From positions 1 through 34,798 of the forward strand of contig JWZX01002892.1 of NCBI GenBank assembly GCA_001275005.1: a stretch of DNA of 34,798 bases. The letters are read 5' to 3'. The DNA comes from Chrysochromulina tobinii (Eukaryota). Below the pieces are notes generated by a model. That model worked only from the letters and a program-made list of their open reading frames with translations. It ran no database searches and was not told the DNA's origin. Of the stretch, positions 29,078-34,798 are shown one piece after another; the stretch's first letter is position 1; every line of letters starts with the position of its first letter. The translations under genes and the position numbers were made by a program.

Positions 29078-32021
29078 TCAACAAGACTCCCAACTAGTCG
29101 AGAGCCACTCATGCCTCGCCGCGTCCTCCGCAGTGAGCCTCCTCTCGTAATCGACCGTCATCAGGCCGCGCACCATGCTCTTCGCCTCCGCGGAGATGTC
29201 ATCCCACCACGGTGAAGGGAAGCTGTACTCGCCGCCTAAGATATGCCGGTGCAGCACCGCCTCGTCGTCGGCACCCCACGGAGGGAAGGCGCACAACATC
29301 GTGAAGAGCGTCACGCCGAGCGCCCACATATCTGCGAGCCGGAGGGCACAATCAATGGTCCTCAAAGGCTAATGAATGCGAGCCGACGGACACAATCAAT
29401 GGTCCTCAAATGATAATCAGTGCGAGGCAACAGAAAGAGCGCGAGGGGAGAGGCTATCAATGGTACTCAGAGGTCATCCGGCGCAATCAGACGCAATCAG
29501 TCGCAATCAGTCATGCGCACCCGGCGTCGTTGACTCGAAGCCTCGGCCACTCAGCTGCTCTGGCGACACATATTTGGGTGTGCCGCACCAGCTCGAACCT
29601 CGCAGCACGTTCGGGCGCACGATCGCCGCGTACCCAAAGTCGATGAGCCGTATCGAACCCGCCTCGTTGACGAAGCAGACGTTCTCAGGCTTGATGTCGT
29701 TGTGAACGATCGAGCGCGCGTGGAGGTACCCGACGACGTCAAGCAGCTCCGCAAGGATCAGAGCAGCCTCATCCTCCGCGATGGCGCCGCCACGCTCGAT
29801 GAGGCTGTAGAGCTCGCCCCCTGCCGCGTACTCGAGGACGAGGCTGATCGTACCTGTGAACGAGCGACGCCACGCTGTGAACGAGCACATGCATGCAGAG
29901 GAGGTCAGGATCACGCTCCTCGTACCCGAGATAGGATCCGAGATCGTCTCATAGAGCTTCGCTATATATGGATGGTGGAGGCTGCGAAGCAAGGCCACCT
30001 CAGCCTCGACGGTGGGCAGTTGCGCATGCATCGTCACCTTCGCCACGTCGATGGTCTTAATGGCCACCTCGTCGGGGTAGCCGTTGGCCTTGGCGCACAG
30101 GTTGTGCGCACGGCGCACAATCGCGTAGCTGCCCACGCCAATCGTCTCAACGAAGCTATACCTGGTGAGGGAGAGGTACTCAAGAACGCAATCAACACGT
30201 AACCATCACGCCATCATCACGCAATCAACACGTTACCCTGCCAGCAAGTTGAGTGGCAGCTGAGGCGCGGCTTTGTGACGAAGCGCGGTGTCGGCCTCCT
30301 CGGGCTTGGCGCTTGCATGCACTCCCTTTTTGGACTCACGCTTTGCCGCGAGCACCGCCTTCTTGGCGGCCAGCCTATCGAGCGGAGCCGCCACCACAGC
30401 GGTGGAGGGCACGTGGGGCGCCGAGACGGGCACGTGAGGCGGTGTTGCCACTGGTGAGCTGCCCGCGCGCGCCTGTGGGGAAGAAGGGTGGCGCACCGTG
30501 GTGAGCGTGTGCATGCAAGGCAGAGGGGCGCATCTCGAGCTGCCCGCGCGCGCCTCCTTCTTGGCCGTCGCCATGGCACCCCGCCGCGCCGCGAGGATCT
30601 CCTTCTTGGAGCTCACCTGATGGAGGAGGCCATCGAGGCTCATCAGTGGTCATCAGTGGTTATCAGTGGTCATCAGATTCATCAGAGTCATCAGGCCTTC
30701 GAGGGTCATCAGTGGTCATCAGAGGTCATCATAGGCCATCGGAGGCCATCGGAGGCCATCGAGGGTCATCAGTGGCACTCAGGGTGGCACACAAGGTGGC
30801 AATCTCGTGCTTGGAGCTCACACTCGAGGTGGCAATCTCGTGCTTGGAGCTCACACTCGAGGTGTCAATCTCGTGCTCGGAGCTCACACTCGAGGTGGCA
30901 ATCTCGTGCTTGGAGCTCACACTCGAGGTCGTGCGCCAGCTCAAGCTACGCGAAGAGGACGAGCATACTTCCTCCATCAACGGCACAGGCAGTGGGCTGC
31001 GATTCATACCCCATCCGTCGTCGGACGTGAGTGCGCTCACGGCGCTCACGGCGCCGCGGCCACCGCCGTCGTCGCTGTCGCCGCCGTCATCGCGCGCGCG
31101 CGCCGGAGCCTCTGCGTGCGCGGAAGTCGCCGACGGTGATGGCCACAGCCGGCGCCGCTCGAGGACAGCGTCCAACCCCGCGGTCGGCTGGGCGCCGGAG
31201 ACGTCGTCGGCCAGCGCGCCGTGGAGGGCGACGGCGCGCCGCGCATGCATCATGAACGTCTCGAGAAGCTCGAGCGCGCCACCGCCGCGCGCCGCCACCG
31301 CCGCGAGTGGCAGCGCCATCAGCCCTGCTTGCAGCGTCGCTGCGGCGTTCGCTTCGAGCCGGAAGAGACAGAGTGCATCCTCGACGATCTCGACGCGCAG
31401 CGCCTGCAGCGCGCCATTCGTGGAGCAACCGAGGCTCGCGCACTCGAGCGCGACGGCCGTGAGCCCTTGCAGTCGCGGCAACTCAGCAGCCAGCTCGCGC
31501 ACGGTGCGGCTCGCCCACGCACGGCCAGCGTGGCCGTCGGCGTCGCGGAGCGTTCCGACGCCACTCCACTGGCAGAGCGCGCGCATGAAACCAGCGCACT
31601 CGCTCACGTACTCGCCCTGTGCGTGCCGGCCCTGCGGCTCGCAGCACACCGCAGCGAGCTCGCGCACCGCTTGGGAGAGCGACGCGACGTGCCCTGCACT
31701 CGCGACGCGGCGGAGCACGAGCAACGCCTTGGCTGCGACCGTCGCCGAGGCCGACGAGCGGCACGCCTGCAGCCGCTTGGTGAGCTCCGCATCCACCTGC
31801 GCCGCCGTCTTCTCCTCGCCCGCGAGCCGCACGATCGTGAGCACGTGCTTCTCCTTTGGTGGCAGCCAGTCGTCGGTCGTCGCCTCGAAGAGCGCCGTCT
31901 TGCACTCGTCTGTTTGTTGCGTTCGGCGGACGGACGATGCCCGCCCCTCTGTCGGCAGACGCACTGATGGCTGTCGCGCTGGCTTGCTGGCGGCACAGCC
32001 GCAGCCACGCAGCCGCAGCAT
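29078..32021 (-). CDS. ANTH/ENTH-like domain fused to a CAMK-group Ser/Thr kinase; exons 32021-30921, 30616-30554, 30472-30237, 30161-29926, 29853-29521, 29331-29078
   Basis: N-terminal ALFEATTDDWLPPKEKHV..LTKRL..VAAKALLVL. Kinase motifs IGVGSYAIV, VAIK, HNDIKPEN, DFG, CGTPKYVSPE, DMWALG and WDDISAEAK. Five introns (four GT-AG, one GC-AG at 30553-30473) keep the frame throughout. Confidence 0.8.
30796..30929 (-). repeat. 33 bp tandem repeat x4 spanning a splice donor
   Basis: Unit ACCTCGAGT|GTGAGCTCCAAGCACGAGATTGCC with donor-like GT at 30920, 30887, 30854 and 30821. Confidence 0.9.
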
Positions 32022-32921
32022 GCCCGTGTCGGGGTCCGACCACCGAGAGCGTGCAAACTAGGGGACAAGATTTGGGTACCAAGTGCCGTTAATCGGCAAA
32101 AGGTAGGGGGAAGTGGCGCAGGTGGCGCAACTATTGAATCAAAAGCGGGTGATTTATGCTGCCGTGACCCAGCGGGCAGCGGCCTTCCCCTAGAGTAACC
32201 CGATTTGGGAACCTCTTATGAGTTCTTTTTAGCCACAGGACACGGTTTTACCCAAGGGGGTCAGGGAGGCGGAGGGATGTTAATCTTCTGGATTTGCACA
32301 AAATCGTGGAACTCATAGTTACCCTGATTTCAAAGTAACTGAGATACTGAGTGATTTACAGTACATAGTCCCAACGGGGGGGGTAGACGTACTAAGACGA
32401 CTGAGGAGGGATTATTGTCTGGATATTGCGCACAAGATTCCACGGCACGCGATCCGGGCCTCAACCCCGCGTCGGACATCGCCCTCTGTTTTCACGTCGC
32501 GTCAAACCGTGCAGATTTGTACCCTGAGAAGTGAGATATTAATCTCAAATCTGACGGTGTTCACTTCACAGTGCGCACACTCTCGTGACCGCCCGTCACT
32601 GTCAGTTGTTCACTCACATCAGTGCATGCATCAGTGAGTCAAACTCACTGACACACGCTCCGCACTCGCACTCACACACACACATGCTGTGCAACACTCG
32701 CACACACACACACGCTGTGTGCACCTCCTTACGCACCCACTACGCTGCCTCCCCGTCTCAAAGCGAATCGGCTCCGCTGCCCTCGGTCAAGACAAGTAAT
32801 GAGTACTCGCTCGTGTTCCATCGATGCACTTATTCGATGCGAAACACAACTCCCCCGCAAGTCCAGATGGATACAGTCACATCATGCTCGATCGGCTCAC
32901 CAAAGCCCGCTTTGGCTTTTC

Positions 32922-34798
32922 TCAGAGCGTGCCGCACGCATGCTGCTGGCAGTGCGGGATGTCATGGATGGCATACCCGCCCCGATCGCGCTTGCAGTCT
33001 CTGGCAGGCTGCTCCATATCCTTGCAGCAGCCCTTGTAGGTGATGCCGCCGACGCCCGCGGAGAAGTCGTCCATGCCACACGTCTCATGCCACCAATAAT
33101 TGGGGACCCAGATGACCTCACCCGGCTGCTGCACACACTCGAGGGTACTCGTCCGCCGACTGGCCTGATGTGGCCTGCACTGGTCGGCCGGATCGCGCAC
33201 ATGGCGTGCCATCATCTCGGGCGGTTCGGTCTCGCTGTGATGATATCGGAGCAGCAGGAAGCAGCGCGAGGCAATCAGCATGCAATGAAGGAGGCAATCA
33301 GCAAGGGGGAAGCAGCGCGATGAGTGGCATCATCAGAGGCGATGAGTGGCGACCGGATGCAATCAGTGTCCAATCACCTGTCCGGATGCAATCAGTGTCC
33401 AATCGCCAATCACCTGTCCGGATGCAGAAGCCAGCGCTTCCGTCCGACGACCGCCGCGAACCACGACGCCGGGTGATTCTCAGGCGGCACGCCCACGCCG
33501 AGCCCCGAACCAATCCCCATTTGGAAGGTGCTCATGGGCTGGAAGTAGGGGGGCACGTGATACGAGCCCTTGGCAATCTGGGGCGAGGGAAGCAATGAGG
33601 AGGGCAATTAGGACGGCAATTAGGGAAGCAATGAGGAGGGCAATTAGGACGGCAATTAGGGAAGCAATGAGGAGGGCAATTAGGACGGCAATTAGGGAAG
33701 CAATGAGGAGGGCCAACATGACACAAACATACGATGCCACGATCTGGAAGTCATGAGGCAATTATGACGCAATCATATGATGCCACGATCTGGGCAATCA
33801 TCACGAGGCAATCTCGATGCAATCTCGATGCAATCTGAGGCCATCACGAGGCCATCAAGAGGTCATCAAGAGGCAATCACGAGGCAATCACCTGCTCGAA
33901 TAGGAAGGGAGAGTACGGCCGCCATGGGTCCGAATAGCATGCATGAGCAGGGTAGACGGCGTGCCCCATGTGGTACTTTCCCTCCCAAGCAAGCAACTCG
34001 CCCAGGCTCTTATTGTACGTGTCGTGCAGTTGGAAAGGGCTGTGGAAATGCTCTTGCAGGATCACGTCGCGGGTCCATCCTTGCAGATTGGTCCAATTAT
34101 TGGTGAGGCCGTCGATGATGAAAGGCCACTCAGCCGTCTCGAGCAGCTCGCGTGTCACCTGCCACAGTGCGACGCGCTGCAGTGAGCACTTGCATGCAAG
34201 GCCACTCAGCCTCCTTGAGCAGCTCGCGCGTCGCCTGCCATCAGCGGCAATTACTATAGAACGAGGCCATCAAAGGCCATCAGAGGCAATCAGTGGCCTC
34301 TAGTCGCAGCCACCTCGGTCTTCCGAGCGTCCATTCGCCACAGGTCGCATCCCTTCGTCTTGTACGCCCCCGGCAGCTTGAAGCGCCCGGTCTTGGGAGA
34401 CCCTTCCATCCCAGCTCCCACGTGCGAGGGATCAATGTACCTGTGGGTATCGGGCTCGTCACGGGCTCGTCAGTGTTTCGTCAGGGTTCGTCACGAGCTC
34501 GTCAGTGTTTCGTCAGGGTTCGCCCTCGTGCGAGGGATGAAGGCACCGTTGGTGGGCAGGAGGGTTCGGCAGTGTTTCGTCAGGGTTCGTCACGAGTTCG
34601 TCAGTGTTTCGTCAGGGTTCGCCCTTCGAATGTACCGTTCGTGCTCGGGAATGTGGGACCACGCGTGCATCTCGGCAGGGACGTTGATGCCGGCTGCGAT
34701 GGCCTCGCTCAGGGTCATCATCCCTGGAGGGGGGCTGGATCTCGTGCTCGTGCCGCCCTGGGCGCCCATGCCCCCCATGCCCCCCCTTCCCCCCATGC
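32922..34798 (-). CDS. JmjC/cupin-8 protein (JMJD8-like), 5' end may lie outside the window; exons ..34636, 34440-34314, 34158-33892, 33577-33414, 33234-32922
   Basis: GCDLWRMDA..WPFIIDGLTNNW..WT, FQMGIGSGLGVGVP, VVGRKRWLLHP and ECVQQPGEVIWVPNYWWHET. Four GT-AG introns keep the frame. Confidence 0.82.
33587..33712. repeat. 36 bp intronic tandem repeat x ~3.5
   Basis: GGGAAGCAATGAGGAGGGCAATTAGGACGGCAATTA units inside intron 33891-33578. Confidence 0.9.

Noticed and set aside
30796..30929. 33-48 bp repeats (here, 11066-11325, 28285-28515, 33587-33712) as CRISPR arrays
   Set aside because: Head-to-tail repeats without unique spacers, in eukaryotic genes, with no cas genes.
30646..32061. 471-aa plus-strand ORF
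   Set aside because: Antisense to the ANTH exon and begins in intron filler repeats.

Overview
GC-rich, gene-dense eukaryotic DNA, most consistent with a haptophyte (Chrysochromulina-like). The assignment is inferred from bipartite plastid presequences, a GC-AG intron, an NLRC3-like LRR gene and flagellar inner-protein genes. I reconstruct about 17 protein genes and 25 spliceosomal introns by hand. The strongest signal is in the introns. About half begin with a diverged copy of the next exon's first bases or end with a copy of the previous exon's last bases. Most are filled with sense-strand CTGAT/GATTGC repeats, many end in ..CTCATCAG, and several are stacked modules with internal AG|GT or AG|GC points. 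One intron borrowed its acceptor from a neighbouring intron, and one is mostly an antisense tRNA-like element. Together this suggests a duplication/templated-insertion route of intron gain. Unusual domain architectures include a J-domain inserted inside a CIA30 domain, a Skp1-F-box-LRR fusion with a homopolymer frameshift, an ANTH-kinase fusion and a PDZ-JmjC protein. All gene models are manual and lack transcript evidence.
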